DNA of 64,000 nucleotides from an uncultured Chloroflexia bacterium (GTDB lineage Bacteria > Chloroflexota > Limnocylindria > Limnocylindrales > CSP1-4): positions 259,803 through 323,802 of the forward strand of contig CAVOJY010000002.1 of the NCBI GenBank assembly GCA_963696405.1, written 5' to 3'. The notes under the pieces were generated by a model. It did no database searches and was not told where the DNA came from. It worked only from the letters and a program-made list of their open reading frames with translations. Below, piece after piece: positions 40,087 through 49,932 of the stretch (positions are counted from its first letter, which is position 1; each line of letters opens with the position of its first letter). The translations under genes were made by a program, and so were the position numbers.

Positions 40087-40426
40087 CCGGGCCGGCCACG
40101 GGTGGCGCTGCGCCCCTTTCGGCGGTCACGGGACGGCCAAACCCTTCCCGCAACCCCCCAGTGAATGAGCGGCGGACCCAGCAGGCAGCGACCCCGGCAA
40201 GCCCGCCAAGTGCCATCGCGGAGGTCGGCTGTCCAGGCACGTGCGCCGGGTGCCGTCGATCGCTCTCACCAGCGACCCGGACGATCTTGGTGCGCTCCTG
40301 GATCCTTCCCCGGCCGGCACGCGCGTGGAGGTCTGGCGAGTCTGACCGGCGGCCTGGCCGCGCACGTTCCACGCCGACAGATCTCGCGGGGTCGCTCGCG
40401 CGCCGTGCCTCCGGCAATGGACACGC

Positions 40427-40432
40427 TAGAAT
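40427..40432 (+). promoter_or_regulatory. -10 box TAGAAT 15 nt upstream of the tRNA 5' end
   Basis: CGCTAGAATCCGCG resembles the CGCTAGACTCCGCG context of the T-box promoter at 48055-48068. No convincing -35. Confidence 0.35.
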
Positions 40433-40447
40433 CCGCGACGCCACGGT

Positions 40448-40522
40448 GGCGGAGTAGCTCAGTGGTAGAGCAGGGGACTCATAAGCCCTTGGTCGGTGGT
40501 TCGAATCCGCCCTCCGCTACCA
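40448..40522 (+). tRNA. tRNA with CAU anticodon (Met by default; body resembles lysidine-type tRNA-Ile2), CCA encoded
   Basis: Cloverleaf traced by hand: acceptor GGCGGAG/CTCCGCT, D arm GCTCAGTGGTAGAGC, anticodon loop CTCATAA (CAT at 40480-82), T arm GGTGG-TTCGAAT-CCGCC, A73-CCA. Confidence 0.9.
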
Positions 40523-40918
40523 GCTTTCCCTTCCCCTGCGGTTGACGCGACAGAGTCCCTCTGGCTGGCCAGGTTGTCGCTCGGGGCCGTCGATCCGTCC
40601 TCGATCAGGCGCCCACGCGCACGACCGTGACCATGCCGTCGGGGCGGCGATCGTGCTCGTGCGCGTCACGCACGGGTTCCGCGGGTTCCGGCCGCGAGAC
40701 CCCTCAAGCCGTCCTTCTCATGCGTGGCCCGCATGGATCAGGCGAGGAGCGACCGCATCCGGTCACGCGGCAGCGGCTTGTGCGCGTGGGGCACAACCGG
40801 TCCGGCTTGACGCAGGCGGCCGTCGCTGTCGCGCCGTCCCGTGCGTCCGCGCCCCCCGTACGTTCGTCCCATCCATGAGGCACCGGCCGTCGTAATCATG
40901 GGTGAGCGAGGCGGGGCA

Positions 40919-40924
40919 TATAAT
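40919..40924 (+). promoter_or_regulatory. consensus -10 box TATAAT about 78 nt upstream of ftsH
   Basis: A perfect TATAAT in a GC-rich context with a weak -35. The 5'UTR holds a 7-bp hairpin AGCGGGC-cgt-GCCCGCT (40953-40969). Confidence 0.35.
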
Positions 40925-41001
40925 CGACCTGCCTACGTTCGCAAACCCAATGAGCGGGCCGTGCCCGCTGTCAATCTGATCCGATCCGGAGGCTCGACCT
41001 C

Positions 41002-42981
41002 TTGAACAGCCGCTTCCTGCGGAACGGCATCCTGATGCTGATCCTCGTCGTGGGGGCCGCAGCACTGATGTACTCCGTGTTCGTTCCATCCCAGAGCCAG
41101 AAGCCCATCGACTACGCCGGCGCTGCAGACTCCTTCCTGGGGCTCGTCAAGCAGGGCAAGGTCGAGCGCGTCGTCCAGCAGGGGACGAAACTCGAGATCA
41201 CGCTCAACAGCCCGGCCGGCGAGGTAGTCACCAGCCAGGTGCCGAGCGAGTTCTCGACCAACGTCCAGAACGACATCGCGGCCGCTTGCGCGGAGCCCGA
41301 CGCCACCTGCAGCAAGGGCCTCTCCATTGCCGCGGCCGATCCGCCGGAGACGGGCCAGTGGCTGGGCCTGCTCATCAGCGCCCTCCTGCCCGTCCTCCTC
41401 ATCGGCGGGTTCATCTTCTTCATGATGCGCCAGGCCCAGGGCACGAACAACCAGGCCATGAGCTTCGGCAAGAGCCGGGCGCGCATGTTCCTGGGGAACA
41501 AGTCGATCGTCACGTTCGCCGACGTCGCCGGCGTGGACGAAGCGAAGTCCGAGCTCCAGGAGGTGGTCGAGTTCCTGAAGTACCCCGAGAAGTTCAACTC
41601 GCTCGGGGCGCGCATCCCGCGAGGGGTGCTCCTCGTGGGGTCGCCGGGAACGGGCAAGACCCTCCTCGCGCGCGCCGTCGCGGGCGAGGCCGGGGTCCCC
41701 TTCTTCAGCATCTCCGGCTCCGAGTTCGTGGAGATGTTCGTGGGCGTCGGCGCGAGCCGCGTGCGCGACCTGTTCGATCAGGCCAAGCGGAACAGCCCAT
41801 GCATCGTGTTCGTGGACGAGATCGACGCGGTCGGCCGCCAGCGCGGCGCGGGCCTTGGTGGGTCGCACGACGAGCGCGAGCAGACCCTGAACCAGATCCT
41901 CGTCGAGATGGACGGGTTCGACACCAACACGAACGTTATCGTGGTCGCGGCCACCAACCGCCCCGACATCCTTGACCCGGCGCTCCTTCGCCCCGGCCGT
42001 TTCGACCGGCAGGTCGTCCTCGACCGGCCCGATCTGAAGGGCCGGCTGGAAATCCTGAAGGTGCACAGTCGAGGCAAGCCGCTCGACAAGACGATCGACC
42101 TCGAGTCCATCGCCCGCAAGACGCCCGGGTTCTCCGGCGCCGACCTCGCCAACCTGGTGAACGAGGCCGCGATCCTCGCCGCCCGGCGGAACAAGAAGAC
42201 GGTCATGAACCCCGAGTTCGACGAGGCGGCCGAGAGGCTCATGGCCGGCCCGGAGCGCAAGAGCCGGGTCATCAGCGACGCCGAGAAGGCGATCATCGCC
42301 TACCACGAGGGGGGCCACGCGCTGGTGCAGCGGATCCTCCCCAAGTGCGATCCCGTGACGAAGGTGAGCATCGTGAGCCGTGGCATGGCCCTGGGCTACA
42401 CGCTGGCCGTGCCGCCGGAGGACCGCTACCTGCAGAGCAAGACCGAGTTCGAGGACAAGATCGCCGGGCTGATGGGCGGAAACGCGTCCGAGCGCCTCGT
42501 CTTCGGGGACACCACGACGGGCGCCTCGAACGACATCGAGAAGGCATCGGCGCTTGCGCGGCGCATGGTCACCGAGTTCGGCATGAGCGAGAAGCTCGGG
42601 CCGCTCGCCTTCGGCAAGCGCGAGGAGATGATCTTCCTCGGCCGCGAGATCTCCGAGCAGCGCAACTACGGCGACGAAGTCGCGAAGCAGATCGATGTCG
42701 AGGTGCGGGCCATCATCGACCGGGCGTACGCCCGCGCGACGGAGGTCCTCGCCACCCATCGAGACCGGCTGGACCAGCTTGCCGAGCGGCTCATCGCCGA
42801 GGAGACCATCGAGCAGGCGGAGTTCGAGAAGATGTTCGCGGACCTGCCGAACCCGCGCGGCGACGGGACGACCAGCGGCCCGCGGCCGTCGCCGCAGAGC
42901 CCGGCCCAGGAGGCCCCCGCCCCGGCGGCCGATGCCGCCCCCGCCGGCACGTCGGTGAAGCCGGCGCCGTCCCCGGCGTAG
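41002..42981 (+). CDS. ftsH: ATP-dependent zinc metalloprotease FtsH
   Basis: 659 aa. Two N-terminal TM helices, AAA+ [32 protein letters not shown], and the HEGGHALV zinc site. TTG 41002 after GGAGG. Confidence 0.95.
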   Translation: MNSRFLRNGILMLILVVGAAALMYSVFVPSQSQKPIDYAGAADSFLGLVKQGKVERVVQQGTKLEITLNSPAGEVVTSQVPSEFSTNVQNDIAAACAEPDATCSKGLSIAAADPPETGQWLGLLISALLPVLLIGGFIFFMMRQAQGTNNQAMSFGKSRARMFLGNKSIVTFADVAGVDEAKSELQEVVEFLKYPEKFNSLGARIPRGVLLVGSPGTGKTLLARAVAGEAGVPFFSISGSEFVEMFVGVGASRVRDLFDQAKRNSPCIVFVDEIDAVGRQRGAGLGGSHDEREQTLNQILVEMDGFDTNTNVIVVAATNRPDILDPALLRPGRFDRQVVLDRPDLKGRLEILKVHSRGKPLDKTIDLESIARKTPGFSGADLANLVNEAAILAARRNKKTVMNPEFDEAAERLMAGPERKSRVISDAEKAIIAYHEGGHALVQRILPKCDPVTKVSIVSRGMALGYTLAVPPEDRYLQSKTEFEDKIAGLMGGNASERLVFGDTTTGASNDIEKASALARRMVTEFGMSEKLGPLAFGKREEMIFLGREISEQRNYGDEVAKQIDVEVRAIIDRAYARATEVLATHRDRLDQLAERLIAEETIEQAEFEKMFADLPNPRGDGTTSGPRPSPQSPAQEAPAPAADAAPAGTSVKPAPSPA

Positions 42982-43042
42982 TCAGCCCGGCCTGGGGCCG
43001 GCGCTCTCGGCCGGGTGAGTCAAGGAGGAGGCTGAAGCTGCC

Positions 43043-44478
43043 ATGACCACGCCTGCATCCGCCGGGTCGTCCGGCGGCCCGTCCGGGGCGAGTCGTTCGC
43101 CGACCTGGAGGCCCATCTCGACGCCACCGCGGAGGCGCGGCTGGCCGACTACCTCGACTTCCTGCGCATCCCCAGCGTCTCGACGCTGCCGGAGCACGCC
43201 CCCGACATGCGGCGCGCGGCGGAGTTCGTGGCCGAGCGGATGCGCAGGGCGGGGCTCGAGCACGTCGAGATCTGCGAGACGGGCGGTCACCCGGTGGTGT
43301 ACGGCGATTGGCTCGATGCTCCCGGTGCGCCGACCGTCCTCACGTACGCCCACTACGACGTCCAGCCGGCGGACCCGCTCGACCTGTGGGTGCTGCCACC
43401 GTTCGAGCCGCGGGTCGAGAACGGCCGCGTCTATGCTCGCGGCTCGTCCGACGACAAGGCCCAGGTCCACCTCCAGGTCGCCGCGGCCGACGCGTGGCTC
43501 AAGGTACGCGGCGGGGTGCCGGTCAACGTCAAGTTCATCTTCGAGGGCGAGGAGGAATCCGGCTCGGAGAACCTCGACCGGTGGATCGGGGAGAACCGCG
43601 AGCGACTCGCCTGCGACGTGGTCGTCATCAGCGACGGCGACTTCTTCGACGGCAACCTGCCGGCGGTCACGGTCGGCCTCCGCGGGATCATGTACGCGCA
43701 GCTGGACGTCACCGGTCCCACCGTGGACCTGCATTCCGGCAGCTTCGGCGGAACGGTGACAAACCCGGCGAACGCGCTCGCCTCGATCATCGCGGGACTG
43801 CACGCCCCCGACGGGCGCGTTGACGTGCCGGGCTTCTACGACGACGTGGTGCCGCTCACCGACCGCGACCGCGCCGAGCTGGCGCGGATGCCCTTCGACG
43901 AGGAGGCCTATCGCGATTCGATAGGAGTCCCGGCGCTGGCCGGCGAGAAGGGGTACACGACCCTGGAGCGGCGCGGCGCCCGGCCCACGCTGGACGTCAA
44001 CGGCCTGTGGGGCGGTTTCCAGGGCGAGGGTTCGAAGACCATCATCCCGGCACACGCCCACGCGAAGATCAGCTGCCGCCTGGTGCCAGACCAGGATCCC
44101 GACCGCATCTTCCGCGCCGTGCGCGACCGGATCCTGGCACTCGCCCCGCGGGGCGTCCGGGTCGGTTTCACGCTCATCCACGGCGCCCCCGCCATCCTCG
44201 TGCCGGCGGACCACCCCGCGACGAAGACGGCCGCGGCCTGTCTCGAGCAGGTCTTCGGCACCCCGCCTGTCTATCCGCGCGAGGGCGGGTCGGTGCCCGT
44301 GGTTTCCACCTTCGCGTCCGTCCTGGGGGCGCCGTCCGTGCTCCTCGCGTTCGCTCCACCGGACAGCCACGCCCACGCCCCGAACGAATCGATGCGCCTC
44401 GACAACTACGAGGGTGGGATCCGCACGACGATCCGCTTCTGGGCCGCGCTGGCGGTGACGGACCTGCGCAAAGGCTGA
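43043..44478 (+). pseudogene. M20-family dipeptidase, frameshift close to the 5' end
   Basis: AAGGAGGAGG SD plus ATG 43043 open one frame. The conserved body (LDFLRIPSVS, YAHYDVQPADP, ARGSSDDKAQ) is in the frame of ORF 43207..44478, which has an in-frame TGA at 43033 and no canonical start before 43207. The switch is at about 43075-43095. Confidence 0.75.
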
Positions 44479-44675
44479 GTCCGGCGCCTGCCGGCGCGCC
44501 AGACAAGCGGCGCCGAGGCCCGCGCCCCAGTACGGTTAGGTGCCCCGTACCGGTACCCCCGAGCCTGTCCGGAGGGCGGGTGCCAGGGCCTACCATCGAC
44601 CACAGGCGTCGCCAGGATGCACCACCGCACACGCGCTCGCGTGCGCCCGACACCCCTGGCCCGCCGAGGAACGCG

Positions 44676-45872
44676 ATGTCGATCGAAGCCTTCGAGCAAG
44701 AGACTGCTGCCGCCGAGCCGCCGGCGACGCACCCGTACGCACCCGAGCCCGGGGAATGGGCCGACGAGCCCCGCGTGCCCGCCCCCGACGGCGATGGCAG
44801 CGGCGGCGATGGCGGTGCCGGGACCGGCGATGGCAGCTGGCGCCTTGACACCCCGGCCGGGTCTGTGCGACCCGCGTCCGCCCTTGACGTCCTGCTCGAT
44901 CTCCATGAGAAGGTCGCCTCGGGCGACGTCGGCCGGTACCAGCCGGTGCCGCTCGGGTTCATGCCGCTCGACCGCACCATCGGCACGGGCCTGCGGCCGG
45001 GGGAGATGCTCCTCCTGGGCGGCGCGCAGGGCACCGGCAAGACCACCATGTGTCTGCAGATGGCCCGCAACGTGGCGGCCGCCGGCCAGGCCAATGTCCT
45101 CTACATCTGCTTCGAGCACGACGAGGAGTACCTCCTCAACCGGCTGATCGCGCTCGAGTCGGTGGTCGATCAGCTGCCGTCGGTCGGGACCGGGATCAAG
45201 CTGCAGGACGTTCGCCAGGAGGTCCTGGGTGGCTGGGAGGTCGACCCGTCACGCCGTCAGCTGTCCGACAACCCACGTCTTCGTGCCGTGCTCGAGCGGA
45301 TCGCCCGGTACGGCCGCAACCTGTACCTCATGCGGGGATCGCAGACCACCTCCACGGTGGAGAACATGCGGCTGCTCGTGCAGCAGCACAAGGAGATCTC
45401 GGGCGACCGGCTCCTCCTCGTCTTCGTGGACTACCTCCAGAAGGTGCCGGTCATCCCCGAGCCGAACACCGAGAACGAGAAGGTTACGATCGTGGTGAAC
45501 GGGCTCAAGGATGTCGCGCTCGCGGAAGAGGTCCCGCTGGTCGCCATCGTGGCGGCCGACAAGGAAGGCCTGAAGGCGGCCCGCCTGCGCAACCACCACC
45601 TGCGCGGATCGTCGGCCATCAACTACGAGGCCGACATCATCCTCATCCTCAACGAGAAGTACCACATCGTCCACAAGTCGAGCATCGAGTACAACCCGTA
45701 CATGGCGCAGCGGTTCCGCGACTGGGTGGTGACCACGGTCGAGAAGAACCGCGGCGGGCGCGACAACGTGGACATGGAGTTCGAGAAGCACTTCGAGTAC
45801 TCCTGCTTCGACCCGAACGGCCGGGCGGTGCAGGAGAAGCTCGTCGAGGAGCGGCTCTACCAGGACACCTGA
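44676..45872 (+). CDS. DnaB-helicase C-terminal-domain (RecA-fold) ATPase lacking the DnaB N-terminal domain
   Basis: ATG 44676 after GAGGAA. About 100-aa acidic/Gly/Pro-rich N-terminus, then LDRTIGTGLRPGEMLLLGGAQGTGKTTMCLQMA (Walker A), LLLVFVDYLQKV (Walker B) and RGSSAINYEADIILIL. Confidence 0.7.
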   Translation: MSIEAFEQETAAAEPPATHPYAPEPGEWADEPRVPAPDGDGSGGDGGAGTGDGSWRLDTPAGSVRPASALDVLLDLHEKVASGDVGRYQPVPLGFMPLDRTIGTGLRPGEMLLLGGAQGTGKTTMCLQMARNVAAAGQANVLYICFEHDEEYLLNRLIALESVVDQLPSVGTGIKLQDVRQEVLGGWEVDPSRRQLSDNPRLRAVLERIARYGRNLYLMRGSQTTSTVENMRLLVQQHKEISGDRLLLVFVDYLQKVPVIPEPNTENEKVTIVVNGLKDVALAEEVPLVAIVAADKEGLKAARLRNHHLRGSSAINYEADIILILNEKYHIVHKSSIEYNPYMAQRFRDWVVTTVEKNRGGRDNVDMEFEKHFEYSCFDPNGRAVQEKLVEERLYQDT

Positions 45873-46016
45873 GCCGCCTGACGCCGGCTTGGCGACGGCA
45901 ACCTCCCGACGCCGGCGGCGTCTTGCCGCCTGACGCCAACCGCTGTCTCGTGGCACACTGCGGGGCGTGATGGTGGTACGTCCGCTGCGGGTTGGCGGAC
46001 CCAGGGGCGCCTGCGA

Positions 46017-46532
46017 ATGAAGCTCGATCCGCGTTTTCCAGACGTCATCGAGGTCGTCGTCGAGATTCCGGCGCGCAGCCGGAACAAGTACGAGTTCGAC
46101 GAGCACGCGGGCGTCTTCCGGCTGGACCGCGTCCTGAGCTCGGCCGTCTACTACAACTTCGACTACGGGTTCATCGTCGACACGCGCGCCCTCGACGGCG
46201 ATCATACCGACGCTGTGCTCCTCATCGCCGAGGGCACGTTTCCTGGCTGCCACGTCTGGGCGCGACCCGTGGGCGGCCTCCAGATGCGCGACGAGATGGG
46301 GCCCGACGAGAAGATCCTGTGCGTCGCGCTGGCGGACCCCCTCTACGGCCACGTCCAGGAGCTGGGGGACGTGTCGCCGCACCGGTTGCGCGAGATCGAG
46401 CACTTCTTCGCCACCTACAAGCTTCTCGAGAACAAGGCGGTCGATGTGCTCGGCTGGCGCCCGCGCGCCGAGGCGCTCGAGGTTCTCCTGGCCGATCGCG
46501 CACTCTATCTCACGGAGGCGCACGAGGCGTGA
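46017..46532 (+). CDS. ppa: inorganic pyrophosphatase (family I)
   Basis: VVVEIPARSRNKYEFD, YNFDYGFI, DGDHTDAVLL, DEKIL. Confidence 0.95.
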   Translation: MKLDPRFPDVIEVVVEIPARSRNKYEFDEHAGVFRLDRVLSSAVYYNFDYGFIVDTRALDGDHTDAVLLIAEGTFPGCHVWARPVGGLQMRDEMGPDEKILCVALADPLYGHVQELGDVSPHRLREIEHFFATYKLLENKAVDVLGWRPRAEALEVLLADRALYLTEAHEA

Positions 46533-47383
46533 ACTCCGCATCTTTGCCCCGGCCGGAGATCGTGTTCTTCGACGTCGGCGACACCCTGATGCGGGTGAAG
46601 CCGTCGTGGACGGGCGTCTACCTGCGCGTCTGCCGGGAGTTCGGCCTGGAGATCGCGGAGCCGGTCCTTGCGGGCGCGTTCGCGCGCGCGCTCCGCGCGG
46701 GACTGTGGGACGAGGACGGTCCGTTCGATGCGACGCCCGAGAAGTCGTACCAGCGGGTCAAGGTCTTCGACACGCGCGCCATGGAACTGGCGGGCCACCC
46801 CGGCCTGCCGGACGCCTTCTTTCGGGCGATCGCCCGGGAGTTCGCCCGGGGGGCGTCCTGGCACGTGTTCCCCGACGTTCACCCCACGCTGGCCGTGCTG
46901 GAGCAGGCCGGCATCCGGCGAGCGGTCATCAGCAACTGGGTCTGGGTCCTGCCAGAGCTGCTCCACGAGGTGGACCTGGCCGAACACTTCGAGGCCATCG
47001 TGGCCTCGGCACGGGTCGGGTACCAGAAGCCCCAGCGCGAGATCTTCCAGCACGCGCTCGACCTGACCGGCGTGACCGCGGACAACGCGATCCACGTGGG
47101 CGACACGCCGGGCGCCGACGCCCGGGGGGCGCGGTCGGCCGGGATCTGCCCGGTGCTCATCGACCGGTACAGGAGGTACCCGGACGGGCTCCCGGACCAG
47201 CCGAACGTTCCGATCGTGGCGGACCTCGCCGCGCTGCTTGAGCTGCTGGGCCTCGACGCCACGGACGTGCGCCGAGCCGAGGCGTTCTCCACAGGCTCCG
47301 ACCCGTTCGCGTGGGCGGCGCGAGTATCGCCCGAGTCGGCCGCCGAGTCTGCCTCGGTGGCGCCATCGGGCGAGCAGGAGTGA
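46529..47383 (+). CDS. HAD-superfamily hydrolase (subfamily IA-like)
   Basis: GTG 46529 overlaps the ppa stop (GTGA). Motif I FFDVGDTLM, ISNW, GYQKP, HVGDTPGADARGA. Confidence 0.8.
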   Translation: MNSASLPRPEIVFFDVGDTLMRVKPSWTGVYLRVCREFGLEIAEPVLAGAFARALRAGLWDEDGPFDATPEKSYQRVKVFDTRAMELAGHPGLPDAFFRAIAREFARGASWHVFPDVHPTLAVLEQAGIRRAVISNWVWVLPELLHEVDLAEHFEAIVASARVGYQKPQREIFQHALDLTGVTADNAIHVGDTPGADARGARSAGICPVLIDRYRRYPDGLPDQPNVPIVADLAALLELLGLDATDVRRAEAFSTGSDPFAWAARVSPESAAESASVAPSGEQE

Positions 47384-47994
47384 CCGCCGGGCGAGTCGGT
47401 CTGGGCGCCCGGCCGGCCGAGTCGGCGGGAGTGGACGGATCGGCCGATGAGTGGCGGCTCTTCATCGCCGTACCGCTGCCTCCGGAGGTGCGCGACGCCG
47501 TCGGGGACCTGGTGGCAGGACTCCGCGACGTGGCGCCGAGGGCACGGTGGCAATCTCCGGATACCTGGCACCTCACGCTCCGCTTCCTCGGCCAGGTACC
47601 GGCGGCCGAGGTGCCGCGGCTCGCGGGGCTCCTCCGCGAGGTGGCCGTTTCCGGGGCCCCGTTCCCCACCGCACTGCGTGGCGCGGGCAGCTTCGGGGGA
47701 GGACACCGGCCACTCGTGGCCTGGATCGGCGTCGGGGAGGGGAGCGAGGAGCTGGCGGCGCTCGCGGCCATGCTGGGCCGGGTGATCGACCCGGACGGGG
47801 ACAACGGGCCGCTGCGGGCGCACCTCACCGTCGCCCGGGAGGCGCCTCCCGAGCTGGTGGTGGCGCTCCGCGCAGCGATGTCGACCGGGCCGCGGCTGGC
47901 GTGGACGGCCGACCGGGTGGTGCTCTACCGGAGCGTCCTGGGCCCGCGCGGCTCGACGCACACGGAGCTGGTCTCGGCGCCGCTCGGCGGCTGA
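47380..47994 (+). CDS. thpR: RNA 2',3'-cyclic phosphodiesterase (2H phosphoesterase, ThpR/LigT)
   Basis: Two H-x-T/S-x motifs (WHLTLRFLG, AHLTVAR). GTG 47380 overlaps the upstream stop. Confidence 0.8.
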   Translation: MTAGRVGLGARPAESAGVDGSADEWRLFIAVPLPPEVRDAVGDLVAGLRDVAPRARWQSPDTWHLTLRFLGQVPAAEVPRLAGLLREVAVSGAPFPTALRGAGSFGGGHRPLVAWIGVGEGSEELAALAAMLGRVIDPDGDNGPLRAHLTVAREAPPELVVALRAAMSTGPRLAWTADRVVLYRSVLGPRGSTHTELVSAPLGG

Positions 47995-48033
47995 CCGGCC
48001 GTCGGCCGCGCTCCACCTCGGCCACCACGCCAT

Positions 48034-48062
48034 TTGCAGGACGGTGGACATGTCGCTAGACT
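48034..48062 (+). promoter_or_regulatory. promoter TTGCAG-17-TAGACT for the T-box leader
   Basis: TTGCAG at 48034-39 and TAGACT at 48057-62. The predicted transcription start is a few nt before the GATGA at the base of stem I. Confidence 0.5.
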
Positions 48063-48068
48063 CCGCGC

Positions 48069-48406
48069 ACGTGTCGATGACCGGGACGAGTACTCGTCCG
48101 CAGCGGGCGACAGAGAGCCGGGCAGGTGAGAGCCGGCGCCGTCAGCTGGACGAGGAATGGACCCGCGAGACGCCGGGTGAACCGCGAGGGCGCGGCCGGG
48201 TGGCCGGAACCGGGTGACCGGGGCCGGGCGCACGGGAGCGTGATCGCGCACTAGCCAGGCCGGAGGCCCACCGTTACCAGAGGGCAGGACCGTCGCCAGG
48301 GACCCCGGGCCGCGGACCGAACAACGAGCGACCGCTCCGCGAGGAACGGCCGGAAGAGAGGGTGGCACCACGAGGCTCCGACCTCGTCCCTCCAAGGGAC
48401 GGGGTC
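48069..48406 (+). promoter_or_regulatory. T-box riboswitch leader with a Trp (UGG) specifier
   Basis: Ordered elements: GATGA 48076-80, AGTA 48089-92, AGAGAG 48112-17, GGTGAGA 48125-31, GAA-TGG-A 48155-61, and T-box core AGAGAGGGTGGCACCACGAGG 48355-75 (UGGC bulge 48363-66). Alternative helices are ACGAGG/CCTCGT versus the hairpin at 48380-48406. Confidence 0.85.
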
Positions 48407-48474
48407 GAACTGTATCCAGGGGCGGATGTTCCGGGGAAGCCCGGGAGACGCCCCGTTTCGGGAGGTGCAACCCG

Positions 48475-49836
48475 ATGTCCGATCAGACGACGAAGTTCGT
48501 CCTCGACGAGAGCCGGATCCCGCGGGCCTGGTACAACATCGCGGCCGACCTGTCGGCCCAGCCGCCACCGGGCCTCAACCCCATGACCGGCCAACCACTC
48601 ACGCCGGACGATCTCGCCCCGCTCTTCCCCATGGGCCTCATCCTCCAGGAGGTCAGCACGGAACGGGAGATCGAGATCCCGGATCCGGTCCGCGACGCGT
48701 ACCGGCTCTATCGTCCCTCGCCGCTCGTGCGTGCCCGCCGCCTCGAGAAGGTCCTCGATACGCCGGCGCACATCTACTTCAAGTACGAGGGCGTCAGCCC
48801 CGCAGGCAGCCACAAGCCGAATACGTCCATCCCGCAGGCCTTCTACAACAAGCAGGAGGGCGTGAAGCGGCTCGCCACCGAAACCGGCGCTGGCCAGTGG
48901 GGGTCGGCCCTTGCCTTCGCGGGCTCGATCTTCGACCTCGAGGTCCAGGTCTACATGGTGCGGGCCAGCTTCGACCAGAAGCCGTACCGCCGCTACATGA
49001 TGGAGACATACGGGGCACAGGTGGTGGCCAGCCCGAGCGAGCGGACCAACTACGGCCGCCAGGTACTCGCCGAGCATCCCGACACGCCGGGTTCGCTGGG
49101 CATCGCGATCAGCGAGGCCGTCGAGGACGCGGTCACCCACGACGACACGAGGTACTCGCTCGGGTCTGTCCTCAACCACGTGATGCTCCACCAGACCGTC
49201 ATCGGCCTGGAGTCCCTCGAGCAGATGGAGATGGCGGGGGAGTACCCCGATGTCGTCATCGGCTGCGTGGGCGGAGGCTCGAACTTCTCCGGGCTGGCGT
49301 TCCCGTTCGTGGGCCGGAACCTCCGCGGCGAGGCGAAGTCCCGGATCGTGGCCGTGGAGCCGCTCGCGGCGCCCAGCCTGACCCGTGGCGTCTACGAGTA
49401 CGACTACGGCGACACGGCGCGCATGGCCCCGATCGTGATGATGTACACGCTCGGGCACGACTTCATCCCCGAACCGATCCACGCGGGGGGTCTCCGCTAC
49501 CACGGCATGTCGCCGCTGGTGAGCCTGCTCAAGCACGAAGGGCTCATCGAGGCCATCGCCGTTCACCAGCGGCCTGTCTTCGAGGCCGGGGTCCTCTTCG
49601 CCAGGGCCGAGGGAATCATCCCCGCGCCCGAGTCGAGCCACGCGATCTGCGCGGCCATCCTCGAGGCGCGAAAGGCGAAGGAAGAGGGGAGGGCGAGGGT
49701 GATTCTCTTCAACCTCTCCGGCCACGGCCATTTCGACATGGGGTCGTACGCGAGGTATCTCTCCGGCGACCTCGAGGACTACGAGTACCCGGCCGACCGG
49801 GTGAGCGAGGCTCTGGCCCTCGTGCCGAAGGTCTGA
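48475..49836 (+). CDS. trpB: TrpB2-type tryptophan synthase beta-chain-like PLP enzyme
   Basis: 453 aa with the long TrpB2-style N-terminus. [16 protein letters not shown] (PLP lysine), [28 protein letters not shown]. Confidence 0.9.
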   Translation: MSDQTTKFVLDESRIPRAWYNIAADLSAQPPPGLNPMTGQPLTPDDLAPLFPMGLILQEVSTEREIEIPDPVRDAYRLYRPSPLVRARRLEKVLDTPAHIYFKYEGVSPAGSHKPNTSIPQAFYNKQEGVKRLATETGAGQWGSALAFAGSIFDLEVQVYMVRASFDQKPYRRYMMETYGAQVVASPSERTNYGRQVLAEHPDTPGSLGIAISEAVEDAVTHDDTRYSLGSVLNHVMLHQTVIGLESLEQMEMAGEYPDVVIGCVGGGSNFSGLAFPFVGRNLRGEAKSRIVAVEPLAAPSLTRGVYEYDYGDTARMAPIVMMYTLGHDFIPEPIHAGGLRYHGMSPLVSLLKHEGLIEAIAVHQRPVFEAGVLFARAEGIIPAPESSHAICAAILEARKAKEEGRARVILFNLSGHGHFDMGSYARYLSGDLEDYEYPADRVSEALALVPKV

Positions 49837-49894
49837 GGGAGACCGCGGGCCCCGGCGGAGGCTCGGCCCGCCGAGCCGTCCTTCTCGGGTCCAA

Positions 49895-49932
49895 GGACGC
49901 CGCCCCGGAGCAAGGGCCCTGGGGCGGCGTCC
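49895..49932 (+). terminator. strong GC hairpin 59 nt after the trpB2 stop (no U tract)
   Basis: GGACGCCGCCCC-(14 nt)-GGGGCGGCGTCC, a perfect 12-bp stem. Confidence 0.45.

Noticed and set aside
37188-40189. About 40-nt similar segments sharing a perfect 13-mer GTGAATGAGCGGC (37188-37227 and 40150-40189) that bracket the glycosyltransferase operon next to the tRNA, as possible island att-like direct repeats.
   Set aside because: With a per-base match probability of about 0.29 at this composition, hundreds of 13-mer matches are expected by chance in 64 kb. The flanking similarity (about 31/40 with two gaps) is marginal. The repeat is not part of the tRNA, and no integrase is present.
40523-41001. 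Integrase or mobile-element remnant downstream of the tRNA.
   Set aside because: No frame gives recognisable recombinase motifs. The only features are a TATAAT box and a hairpin consistent with the ftsH 5' region.
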